Positions 1 to 10,956 of a DNA stretch of 64,000 bases are shown here, piece by piece. Source of the DNA: Macrostomum lignano (taxonomy: Eukaryota); contig NIVC01000393.1 in assembly GCA_002269645.1 (NCBI GenBank), positions 434,001-498,000 of the forward strand, read 5' to 3'. Below the pieces are notes generated by a model, which worked only from the letters and a program-made list of their open reading frames with translations, was not told where the DNA came from and did not search any database. Within the stretch, counting starts at the first letter, position 1, and every line of letters begins with the position of its first letter. Position numbers and translations under genes: made by a program.

Positions 1-15
1 CCATGCCTGCTCATC

Positions 16-3000
16 ATGACTTCAAAGCGAACGCAAAATGCCAAAGCCACTGCCAACATTCAATTCGCAGTCAGCCTGCTTAGCGAGTCCCTGCGTGACA
101 TTCTCGAAAACAGTTTCAACATTAAAGATCGACTCGATTTTAACAAATCACTAGAAATGTTGGGCGATAAATTCAAAGAAATATTTCCTGATTTGGAAGG
201 CTGGAAGCAACGGCAGCTGGAGCAATATTTTCAGAGAGCAAAAACAATCACTAGTCGACTGTCTGTTCAAAATTTTGATTTCGATAGGTGTGAGCACGAT
301 TTAGAGTGTCTGTTGAGGCTGGCGACTTTGCTGGGTTTTAGCGAGTGTCACAAACAAATTATAAACTTTTCTGGAGTCATAATTGAAGACTGGGAGAAGC
401 TAAAGGCTGAAGGCAATGATTTTTATAAAAACGGAAAATGGACGGAGGCCATGAACTGCTATTCTAGGGCAATTAAAAGCACTTCAAATGTTGCTGTATT
501 GTTCTCAAACCGAGCTCTGTGCGAAATTAACCTGCGCAAGTTCGATCTCGCACGCGAGGACGCAGAGGACGCGATCGAGCTGGACCCGGTTAAATTGTAC
601 AGGATTCTTTCCGAGACGCTTTTCAAACTGCGGCTGTATCAGCAGGCAGCTGATGTGTGCAAAGCCGGTTTGAAAATCTCTTCAACAGACGAGACCCTTC
701 TTATGAGAGTGCGTCTTTGCGATGAGCTTGTCCTAGACAGCGAGCAGCAGTCAAATGCAGATCGGAGCAAAGTAGGGCAGGACCCAACAGTTCACAAGAA
801 GCTGCGAGACTGCCAAGTGGAAAGTACATCGGACATTTCACCTGACGAGGTGCACCCCATGGACAGCGCCGTTTTGCAGAGCATCAGCGAGCTGGATAAG
901 GCCCACCAGATTCTGCAGTCAGGCAGAGGCGACATCGGTGAAGAGCAGAAGGCGTTTGAGATCTTCGAGTCCGTTGCAAAGCAAGGCAGTGCGCAGGGTT
1001 TGTACAACATGGCCATCATGTACAAAGACGGCAATGCAGGACTGGCTCGAGATCCAGCAAAGCATTTCCAGCTGTGCCTCCAAGCCGCCGAGCAAAATCC
1101 GTACTTATCGGCCATGGACGATGTGTTTCTCAACATTGGCGTGGCGGAGGCGGAGAACGCCCTCGGTGTGGCTTACAGAGACGGCATGGCCGTGGACAAG
1201 GATGACAAGCTCGCTTTCAAATGGTTTCTGAAGTCCGCTCGTCACGGCTACGCATCTGCCATGAGCAACCTCGGGCTGGCCTTCTACAACGGAACTGGCT
1301 GCGAGCGGAGCCCGACCTCCGCCCGATGGTGGCTCCAGAAAGCCGCGGACCTCGGACAGTCGGAGGCGCAGCTGAAATTAGCTGGGATGCTCATCGAAGG
1401 CGAGGGAGGACCAGCCGACTCTGAGAAGGCGGTTGAGCTGCTCAAAGCAGCTGCAAACCAGGGCCTGCCAGGTGCTCTGGAGGCGCTACAGCAGCAAATG
1501 CGGCGCGGAGCCACGAAGGCAAAGCGCATGAACTCAGCAAGAAAAATCGTGGAAGAGAAGGCAGCTGCTAACGACAAAGAGGCACTGTTTCTTCTCGGAA
1601 TGAACTATTTGCAGGGAGAAGGAGGATTCGAGCAGGACTTTGAACTCGCGGAATCGTACTTGAGAAAAGCATTCGATCGGAATCACGAGAAGGCTGCTTT
1701 TGTGCTTGGTAATTTGTTTTTGCGATTACGAAGGAACAAAGATTCCGTGTACTTCCTACGGCATGCTGCTGAGAACGGTAATGAAGAGGCCCAGTGGACA
1801 CTTGGGTTCCTGTTGAGTATCGGGCATGGCTGCGATCGAGATGCTGCCGAAGCTCGGATTTGGATGCTTCGTTCCAAGAAGCAGAGTAAAAAGTGTATCG
1901 ATGATCTGATTGAACAGAGTTCACAATTTGTACGAGTGGAAGCTGCTAGAGGTCTTTCAACAAAAGATGGACTCAGCCAGCTCGAGAGAATCGAAAGACT
2001 TTGTACAGCTTCGTTGTCGAACTCAATGGCGCGGGACGCTACCAAAGAAGTTTTCGAGCTTTTGAGACAAGAAACAGAATGCGAACTACATCCTGGTACG
2101 AGTAGCTGGTGTGAAATGGTAAACATGCTGACAACTGAGAAATTGATGGCAAAAAGGGTAGCAGAGGGATCGAAAACGGCGCAATTGTATTTCATTGCCC
2201 ACGATCTCCTGGACCAGATGCGCTGGGCCCTGAAGAGTAAAAATCCAGAATCCTTTCGCCTGTACCGACTTGCTGCAAGAGCTTGGCAGCCCCTTATGTT
2301 CGATATGGACACCTGGGATGAACTGCTTGCTGCAGCAACTGAAGCCTTCGAGAAGAATCCAAGGGACGCGGATGCTTATTTCGCCATTTGTCAGTGCCAC
2401 GCTTGTAAAAATATGTCGAATAATAAAGAGCTTGTTCGCATGGCGCTGACCTGCACAAATCTGAACCCCAATGTTGCGGACTACTACGTTTTTCTATGCA
2501 ACATGTACGCCTTTGTTGAAGATGGCGTGGGCTCATTGAAGGCGGTCGAAAGAGCTTTGGAGCTTGAATGGGAGCCTACCTGGCTTTTGGAGAAGGCCAA
2601 GGCATTGGTGCAAAAATATATTAATCGGCAAGATCGCAGCATCATTATTGAGGCGTACAAGGAGTTCATTGCCGCCAACGAAAAGGACCAGCGGCATATC
2701 CCGGAAGCGAATTATTACCTCTCTTATGAATACATGGAAATGAAAGACGAGGAAATGGCCAGAGAATATTATCAAAGAGGTCTTCGCGCTGAAAGTCCAG
2801 AAGTGAGGCTGCCCTGCTTTGAACCGGTGCAAGACTATCGACCCAAGGAAATTGTTGAGGCGATGTTCAAGATTCTCGATTCGAGTCGATCGAATCCCGG
2901 CATGAGTTTTCCGTTTCCTAATGGCGAGTCAAGCGGCGGAGCCTGGTGCGGCTCCTGCGGAATGCCGGACGCTTCGCGACGGTGCAGCAGGTGCAAGAAA

Positions 3001-3069
3001 GTCTACTACTGCAACAGAAACTGCCAGCTGGAGCACTGGAAGCGGCACAAGAAGCACTGCACCGCTTGA
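16..3069 (+). CDS. Intronless TPR + SEL1-repeat + C-terminal MYND zinc-finger protein (1017 aa; may extend 5' of the window)
   Basis: Single 3054-nt ORF. It has TPR motifs (KLKAEGNDFYKNGKWTEAMNCYSRAIK; AVLFSNRALCEINL), about 7-8 SEL1 repeats (e.g. AEAENALGVAYRDGMAVDKDDKLAFKWFLKSARHG, ASAMSNLGLAFYNGTGCERSPTSARWWLQKAADLG) and a canonical zf-MYND (CGSC..CSRCKKVYYCNRNCQLEHWKRHKKHC). The frame is open to the window edge. Confidence 0.92.
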   Translation: MTSKRTQNAKATANIQFAVSLLSESLRDILENSFNIKDRLDFNKSLEMLGDKFKEIFPDLEGWKQRQLEQYFQRAKTITSRLSVQNFDFDRCEHDLECLLRLATLLGFSECHKQIINFSGVIIEDWEKLKAEGNDFYKNGKWTEAMNCYSRAIKSTSNVAVLFSNRALCEINLRKFDLAREDAEDAIELDPVKLYRILSETLFKLRLYQQAADVCKAGLKISSTDETLLMRVRLCDELVLDSEQQSNADRSKVGQDPTVHKKLRDCQVESTSDISPDEVHPMDSAVLQSISELDKAHQILQSGRGDIGEEQKAFEIFESVAKQGSAQGLYNMAIMYKDGNAGLARDPAKHFQLCLQAAEQNPYLSAMDDVFLNIGVAEAENALGVAYRDGMAVDKDDKLAFKWFLKSARHGYASAMSNLGLAFYNGTGCERSPTSARWWLQKAADLGQSEAQLKLAGMLIEGEGGPADSEKAVELLKAAANQGLPGALEALQQQMRRGATKAKRMNSARKIVEEKAAANDKEALFLLGMNYLQGEGGFEQDFELAESYLRKAFDRNHEKAAFVLGNLFLRLRRNKDSVYFLRHAAENGNEEAQWTLGFLLSIGHGCDRDAAEARIWMLRSKKQSKKCIDDLIEQSSQFVRVEAARGLSTKDGLSQLERIERLCTASLSNSMARDATKEVFELLRQETECELHPGTSSWCEMVNMLTTEKLMAKRVAEGSKTAQLYFIAHDLLDQMRWALKSKNPESFRLYRLAARAWQPLMFDMDTWDELLAAATEAFEKNPRDADAYFAICQCHACKNMSNNKELVRMALTCTNLNPNVADYYVFLCNMYAFVEDGVGSLKAVERALELEWEPTWLLEKAKALVQKYINRQDRSIIIEAYKEFIAANEKDQRHIPEANYYLSYEYMEMKDEEMAREYYQRGLRAESPEVRLPCFEPVQDYRPKEIVEAMFKILDSSRSNPGMSFPFPNGESSGGAWCGSCGMPDASRRCSRCKKVYYCNRNCQLEHWKRHKKHCTA

Positions 3070-6000
3070 GGATTGATGTTTGTTTTTGAAAATCCTAATG
3101 ATAGCAGATATACTATTATAATTTGCTTACTATGCAGTTTCTCTTACCATTATTGCTGCTCTGGCCACCTTGGTGGCTCTCAAGTCTTTCCGAATTAGGC
3201 CATAAAAACTAAGAAATTAGTTTTATATTTTGTTTTATTTAGTTTTAGTTTTAGTTTTTAGTTTTCATATTTTTAAGAGGTTTACAAATCCAATCCTAAC
3301 GCTGAGGGGGGGAAGAGTGGCTTAGCGTCAATCTGGTTTCGAACGTTTCGAATGTACATGTAAGCATAGCAAGTCTTAAAGAAAGAAAGAAAGAAAGAAA
3401 GAAAAGGAAAGCTGTAAAAGCTGGGCTTTGGCTGGGAGTTAAGGTAATAGATATAACTGTAAAGAATCAAGGCTAAAATTGAAAGAGCAAGTAACGGTGG
3501 GGGCGATCATGGACTTCTATGCTAAGTATAGAAGTCCATGGTGAAACCAACGATATTTGCATGGCCCCTGTTAAATAAACGATCTAAATAAATCAGACCA
3601 ACGATTAAGGGAAATTACTCAAAGATAGACAACAAACTATAATATTGTGCGCTCGTACAACGAACAATTGTTGAACAGCTTTTTCGGCTTGACAGTTCAA
3701 AGTGAGTCGATTGGTCTTAAAGGATCAGCTCAATCAAAACGTAGAAAACCACGCGATTAGTCTCCCCGCGCAACTACACGCAATCACGGAACTCACCAGT
3801 TGTCGTGGACCATCTCTACCAAGCACACCTTCAGACCAGAGCATCTCCTCGATGCTAGGTAGAACAGATCCTGCACGACGCAATCCACTACCCGTTCCGT
3901 GACGGGTACTCCGCTTGATTGAAGCATCCAGCGCAGGTCGGCTCTCATTGAACCCCACGTCCTTCCAGAGGCACCATTGCTTTCGCATTCGTTGTTGATC
4001 ACGTAGTATCGCAGCATGCTGAAGCAATCTAGCTCGTAGAACATAGAAATGCATCTGTCAGATACGAGATAAACCACTTTGAGATCGCGCTTGCTCATCT
4101 CGGATAGATCGGCCAACACCAACAAACTCGCTTCATAAATTCTGCCTTAGCCCATTAAGTATTCTCCTCGTGCCACGATCGAAAGATTTTTACTGTCTTT
4201 CCAGTAGATTCCAGCACAACAGACGCAATCATTTCGTTGAGTCTGTGCTAATCTTCGTTGTTAGTCGGTTGCGGGAGCCAATGGCAAGTCACTTAAGACT
4301 GCTTTCGACTTCAGCAAGACTAATTAAAAAATTAAAAAATAACGCTGTCAACATCAATAACGTTGAATATATAACTCGAAAGTGTCACACTCTATAGAGA
4401 CAACCGCTCACTCTTAAATACCCACACAATACATTCGTTTTCGTGAACTGCACGAAGTCAGTATTTTTCTATGGTTAATTAAAAGGTACAATGCTAATAT
4501 GGCCAAATGGGGTATAAATATATTTTTACCGTTTATTATTTCCGGTCTGGAAGCGAGTCCTCTGCTTTTGCTTCAGACTATAGAAGCAAGTAAACGGAAA
4601 TAACTTATACTCGTATCTATGTGATCTCTCGACATTAGGGCCAACCGCCGTCTCATCATTGCTTGGTTGCGGGTCAACTGATTTCCGATTAATAAAGCTT
4701 ATAACAGTGCGAGTATATATATATATCTGTAGTATAACTAACTGCCCTAAAACTGTTGCTTTCATTTTCGCTTTTTAGATCCATTGTTGTTCTTCCTACT
4801 ACCATAAGTAATCATATATAGACATGAAATTGCTGCGCCGTTGCAATTTTGCGACCAGGCCCCATCAAGTCTTCCACATCCCTTTAATCATTTTCTACTT
4901 AATTTTTTCTACTTAAATTAGCGATACTGAACCTAAGAACATTTTTGAACAGTCTAAGCAACTCAAGATGATTAATAAATTTACATGACATTATGGCAGT
5001 TTAGCCCGCCTTAGCTAATTATTTCTGCTGACTCGGATGTCAGAAAGCTTAAGTTTTGATTTATTAAATGGATATATTATATCCTAGAATTGTAGCAGAA
5101 ACGTGTCTTAAAACGTGTCTTATTTGTGTTTTAAAATTCAATATCAAATTGTTGGTGCAATACTGTACATATATATACATGTATGATTCACCTGCAATTC
5201 AGAGACCGAAAAAAGAATGTCACATCTCTGTCTGAGTCTGTCCTACGAGCGTATTCACAGAACTTACACAGAAAGAGCTACGCGAACACGCTACTTTAAA
5301 GATGAAAAAGAATGTGTAGCCATAAAGCATAGACAGATAGACTGCGTTGATGTTGATGAGTTGCAAATAAGAAAGTGTACTCGTACATGTATTAAGACAT
5401 TTCCTCATAACTTTCTAGATATTATTTCAGAGTAACTTTTGCAGGTAAAAATGTACGTGTATATTGGTAGCCGAAATGTTAATCAAACAAATATTCAAGC
5501 AAATAAGCGATGGATAAAAATGCGTAGCCACTGTCGCAACTTCAATCATATGCATCTGACGGCTTGCACTGCAAGCTTTGTGTGTAAAAGTGCAGCCGAG
5601 TTTTGGAGGCCTAGTGGTACTTTCTGTGATGATACTTGTATAGATTTCGGCAAGGCAATCCCACAGCTGACTACGAGCCTTGTGGCAACTTTGCAGACAC
5701 GTTCTGTACAGGTCCCGTCAGGGACTACTCAAACTCGGGATGAGAAACGACAAAACTTGAAGGCCTGTCTATTAATATCTTAGCCCTCGAAAAGCATTAC
5801 TTCGATATGTTCTACCTTGTAGTCATAAGTTTGTGTCTGTGGTCAACACCTATCCAGTTAATAGGTCCCGAGTTCAAGTAGTCCCTGGGTCCCGTCTGTC
5901 CCATCTGTCTCAATCTTCCCCATCTTACCCATCTGCCCCATCTGTCCCATCTGCCCCATCTCTCCCACCCCATCCCAGCGCAAGCAGCGGCCATCAGAGA

Positions 6001-6152
6001 CCCTCAGCCATAAACTAAACCCGAGTTCGCACTGCTCAGAGCAGCAAAAAGAATTCAGTTTCTTTCAAGCAGCCCCAATCTCAATCTCAAGCATTCGCAA
6101 AAGCAGACAAAAGCCAATCAAAAGCAGCATTTGAAGCCCCTCGCAGCTTCCC

Positions 6153-9100
6153 ATGCAGCAGGCCATTGTGACCCGCACCTGCCGCCCCTGTGGCAGGCAG
6201 TTCACTACTCAGACCGGGACATTTGAGCTGCAGGGCAAAAATCCCGGGCAGCAGCAGCAGCAGCAGCAAAGACGTGCCAAAGGTGCTTCCTCGAACCAGA
6301 CACCCTTGAGCACTGGACAGCGTGCCCTGCTCTCGAGGCCGCCCGCCGTCGCTTCATTGGAGCTCCGCTCTCCCTCAGCAACTTGTCCGATTACCCTGAT
6401 GGTTTGGTCGCGCTGGCCAGGTTCTGCATGGATCCTGGGCGCGTTTGGGCCAACTAACAACAACAACAACAACAGCAGCAGCAGCAGCAGCAGCAAGAGA
6501 GTCAATCAGAGGAGAGTAGAACCCGAGGCCAGCTCAAGCCTCTCAGACTCGCCCTGGCAGACTGGAATGTGTTCCCTGAGACCACCGTGTTGGCACCTCA
6601 GCAGGCTGAGGGAGTTGTGTGCAACTGGCTGCAGACCACAGCTGCCCAGATGAAGCTGCTGGATGATGAATCCAGACTCTACGGCAAGGTGATCTTCGAT
6701 CCGCTGGGTGAGTCCTGCCGTGGGACCCTGGCTTGTGAGCCGCTGACATGAGTAGTGAGAGCTGAGTGAGGACTGGATAGTGAGGGCTGTGTGTGGACTG
6801 GATAGTGAGGGGTGATTGTGGACTGGATAGTGAGGGCTGTGTGTGGACTGGATAGTGAGGGCTGAGTGTGGACTGGATAGTGAGGGCTGAGTGAGGACTG
6901 GATAGTGAGGGCTGGGTGTGGACTGGATAGTGAGGGCTGGGTGTGGACTGGATAGTGAGGGCTGTGTGTGGACTGGATAGTGAAGGCTGGTTGAGGACTG
7001 AATAGTGAGGGCTGAGTGTGGACTGGATAGTGGGGGCTGTGTGAGGACTGGATAGTGAGGGCTGTGTGAGGACTGGATAGTGAGGGCTGTGTGTGCAGTG
7101 TAACTGGATAGTGAGGGCTGTGTGTGGACTGGATAGTGAGGGCTGAGTGTGGACTGGATAGTGAGGGCTGATTGTGGACTGGATAGTGAGGGCTGTGTGA
7201 GGACTGGATAGTGAGGGCTGTGTGAGGACTGGATAGTGAGGGCTGTGTGTGCAGTGTAACTGGATAGTGAGGGCTGTGTGTGCAGTGTAACTGGATAGTG
7301 TGGATCGGGTCTCTGACCTTCATATATCCCTCCTCCTAAAGGTGAGCTGTACGACTTTGAGATCTCAACTCTGAGCCCGAAGATGCTCAGCCCGGGCTTC
7401 GGGAACTGGATGAGCACCCTGGCCAGTGGCGAGGTGCTGCTGGACATTGTGAACTGCCTCATCGACCACTGCCTGCCGGCCGCGGTTGGGAGAAATGAGG
7501 CTGGGAACATCTTCGAGGTGAGGGCTGTCTTGACAGGCTGCGACAGGTGGGACAATGCCTGTGACAGGTGGGGACACTGCCTGTGACAGGTGGGGACACT
7601 GTCTGTGACAGCTGGGGACACTGTCTGTGACAGGTAGGGACACTGTCTGTGACAGGTGGGGACACAGGTGGGGACACTGTCTGTGACAGGTATGGACACT
7701 GTCTGTGACAGCTGGGGACACTGTCTGTGACAGGTAGGGACACTGTCTGTGACAGCTGGGGACATTGTCTGTGACAGGTAGGGACACTGCCTGTGACAGG
7801 TGGGGACACTGTCTGTGACAGGTAGGGACACTGTCTGTGACAGGTGGGACAATGCCTGTGACAGCTGAGTACACTGTCTGTGACAGGTGGGACAAGCCTG
7901 TGACAGGTGGGTACACTGTCTGTGACAGGTGGGGACACAGGTGGGGACACTGCCTGTGACAGGTGGGGACACAGGTGGATTTCAATGCTGTCAAGGCATT
8001 CTCAAGCATCCCAGAACGCCTCGAAATCCTGCAGATCATCACAGCCGAGCCGCTGAAGAAGGTCCGGTTGCTGGACGTCGCCCCCAACCAGCTGGCGGCC
8101 TGCATGTTTCTTGGAAACCACAACCGGCTGATTGACGATTTTCTGGACCCCCTGCTGGCCTCCGTGCGGGACATCGGGCTGCCCCCTCCAGGAGAGAAGC
8201 CGGGAACTGCGGGGAACATCCGGCAGGCCCTGCACCTCATTCGCCCCGTGGGACACAACCTGCTGCGGAGCTGCCACTCGACTAGGGTGAGAGTCAGATC
8301 GCAGATCCCAGATCGCAGATCCCAGATCGCAGATCCCAGATCGCAGATCCCAGATCGCAGATCCCAGATCGCAGATCCCAGATCGCAGATCCCAGATCGC
8401 AGATCCCAGATCGCAGATCCCAGATCGCAGATCCCAGATCGCAGATCCCAGATCGCAGATCCCAGATCGCAGATCCCAGATCGCAGATCCCAGATCGCAG
8501 ATCCCAGATCGCAGATCCCAGATCGCAGATCCCAGATCGCAGATCCCAGATCGCAGATCCCAGATCGCAGATCCCAGATCGCAGATCCCAGATCGCAGAT
8601 CCCAGATCGCAGATCCCAGATCGCAGATCCCAGATCGCAGATCCCAGATCGCAGATCCCAGATCGCAGATCCCAGATCGCAGATCCCAGATCGCAGATCC
8701 CAGATCGCAGATCCCAGATCGCAGATCCCAGATCGCAGATCCCAGATCGCAGATCCCAGATCGCAGATCCCAGATCGCAGATCCCAGATCGCAGATCCCA
8801 GATCGCAGATCCCAGATCGCAGATCCCAGATCGCAGATCCCAGATCGCAGATCCCAGATCGCAGATCCCAGATCGCAGATCCCAGATCGCAGATCCCAGA
8901 TCGCAGATCCCAGATCGCAGATCCCAGATCGCAGATCCCAGATCGCAGATCCCAGATCGCAGATCCCAGATCGCAGATCCCAGATCGCAGATCCCAGATC
9001 GCAGATCCCAGATCGCAGATCCCAGATCGCAGATCCCAGATCGCAGATCCCAGATCGCAGATCCCAGATCGCAGATCCCAGATCGCAGATCCCAGATCGC

Positions 9101-9714
9101 AGATCCCAGATCGCAGATCCCAGATCGCAGATCCCAGATCGCAGATCCCAGATCGCAGATCCCAGATCGCAGATCCCAGATCGCAGATCCCAGATCGCAG
9201 ATCCCAGATCGCAGATCCCAGATCGCAGATCCCAGATCGCAGATCCCAGATCGCAGATCCCAGATCGCAGATCCCAGATCGCAGATCCCAGATCGCAGAT
9301 CCCAGATCGCAGATCCCAGATCGCAGATCCCAGATCGCAGATCCCAGATCGCAGATCCCAGATCGCAGATCCCAGATCGCAGATCCCAGATCCCAGCGCA
9401 CGCCTCTCCCACAGGAGTGGACCTGGAAGGCGCTGATGTTGCTGGTGCTCATCCTGATGGCGCTGTGCGGCAGCCTGACCGCAGAGCAGGAGCACCTGTT
9501 CAGCTGCCTCACCGGGGAGTTCGATGCCTCCCAGCTGGTTGTCCCGGAGCTGCAGCTCGCGCTGAGCGCCATCCAGCAGGCCGCCAAAGGGATCACCGTG
9601 GCGGAGCAGCCCTCGGTGCAGGAGCTGCGGTGGGCGCTGCCGTACAGGCGGGTGATGAAGCAGGGCCCCATTGACTTCCAGAGCGTGCTGCTTCGGGACT
9701 TCGAGCTCGAGTGA
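6153..9714 (+). CDS. Orphan spliced gene of unrecognised family; first recovered exon is interrupted by a LINE fragment (possibly a disrupted allele)
   Basis: Exons about 6153-6707 (minus insertion), 7342-7517, 7975-8286 and 9415-9714. Phases match (1,0,0), donors are GTGAGT/GTGAGG/GTGAGA and acceptors are AG. The joined protein reads ...RLYGKVIFDPL-GELYDFEISTL...GNIFE-VDFNAVKAF...SCHSTR-EWTWKALMLL...DFELE*. The true 5' end is uncertain. Confidence 0.7.
6270..6475 (+). mobile_element. 5'-truncated non-LTR retrotransposon (I-group, Nimb/Ingi-like) 3' end
   Basis: Encodes TCQRCFLEPDTLEHWTACPALEAARRRFIGAPLSLSNLSDYPDGLVALARF, a CCHC knuckle resembling a LINE ORF2 C-terminus. It is followed by TAA (6455-6457) and a (CAA)5 tail, and flanked by a direct repeat (CAG)6CAA at 6249-6269 and 6476-6496. 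Confidence 0.7.
6755..7300. repeat. Intronic minisatellite, ~25-bp unit GGACTGGATAGTGAGGGCTGTGTGT
   Basis: Tandem copies fill intron 6708-7341. Confidence 0.95.
7530..7974. repeat. Intronic minisatellite, ~22-bp unit GACAGGTGGGGACACTGTCTGT
   Basis: Tandem copies fill intron 7518-7974; the last unit supplies the CAG acceptor. Confidence 0.95.
8295..9396. repeat. Near-perfect 14-bp tandem array (CAGATCGCAGATCC)n, ~78 copies
   Basis: Homogeneous array filling intron 8287-9414; it produces the spurious long ORFs on both strands. Confidence 0.98.
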
Positions 9715-9887
9715 CCGAGCTCACGGGTCCCGAGATCCCGAATCAAAGTTTTGATCCCAATGGCTCTGAATTGAGGAACTTGGTTCGATTCGAAATTCTG
9801 AAAATAAACTTAAAATATAAACTCGATTCGGACTTGTCTTTGTCAAAGCGAATAGTTATTGAATGTCAATGATCTTGATGATCTGCG

Positions 9888-10352
9888 GTTTCTAATATGG
9901 CGCCCCCGATTTCTAATATGGCGCCCCCAATTTCTAATATGGCGCCACCGATTTCTAATATGGCACCCCCAATTTCTAATATGGCACCCCCGATTTCTAA
10001 TATGGCGTCCTCCGCCAATTTCTAATATGGCGCCTCCCGATTTCTAATATGGCGCCCTCCAGTTTCTAATATGGCGTCCTCCGCCAATTTCCAATATGGC
10101 GCCTCCCGATTTCTAATATGGCGCTCCCGATTTCTAATATGGCGCCCCCGATTTTTAAAATGGCGCCCTTCCCCGATTTCTAAAATGGCGTCCTCCGCCA
10201 ATTTCTAAATGGCGCCTTCCCCAGATTTCTAATATGGCGTCCCCGATTTCTAATATGGCGTCTCCGATTTCTAATATGGCGCCTCCGATTTCTAATATGG
10301 CGTCCACGATTTCTAATATGGCGCCTCCCATTTCTAATATGGCGCCCCCCCA
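9888..10352. repeat. Intergenic minisatellite, ~21-23-bp unit TTTCTAATATGGCGCCCCCGA
   Basis: About 20 diverged tandem copies. Confidence 0.93.
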
Positions 10353-10956
10353 TTTTCTTTAATATGATCCCCCTGACTATATGAAAGCTTTGAGTTTCTT
10401 GTGAAAACATTTTTTAAAATTGAAAAAATTTTATTCTTCAAACGTAATCCGAGTTTTTGCAAAGAAATTTCCAGAATATTCTGCAGAGGCTGGGGCTTAC
10501 GTTAGTGGAGTCTCGCAGTGGGTAACAAATACAGCGAGCCAATGCTTCATCAACCAGATTGTCAGCTCATTTTGCTTTTGTCTTTCAAATCTGTCAAACT
10601 AGCCTGTAATTAACCTGTCACTATGAGCACCGCCTACTCGACAAAGCCGTTGTCAACTGTCTCGCAATTGCCCCCTGGCAATGAGGCGCCTATACTGTAA
10701 GATCGCCCCCATTTTAAGTCGATTCGCATTATTCAACCATTTTTCCTCCTGCTCGTCCTCCTGCTCACTAAATTCCAGATGTAAAAATTTGTTTACGCAA
10801 TCCGCATCCTTTATAGAAGCCACCCGGATATGCAGCGGATGTATTGTTATTATAAATACGGACCGGTAAATCCGCCGTAGGTCTTTAAAACAGTCGATCT
10901 GACGCTCATAGTCTTGAAAATTTTCTGAGAAACCAGCGATTGTTTACACCGAGACC

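Noticed and set aside
3797-4140. Possible minus-strand exon (LVLADLSEMSKRDLKVV...MVHDN, ending at a GTGAGT donor)
   Set aside because: Protein-like, but no recognisable motif, an in-frame stop just upstream and no phase-linked partner exons I can support.
5190-6020. Possible upstream exons of the orphan gene
   Set aside because: Several plausible AG/GT sites and a small intron-like repeat (~5890-5970), but no consistent frame could be established.
7365-9746. Very long ORFs on both strands (DLGSAIW.., RSQIPDR..)
   Set aside because: They are read-through of the stop-free 14-bp array; the real exons are bounded by canonical splice sites.
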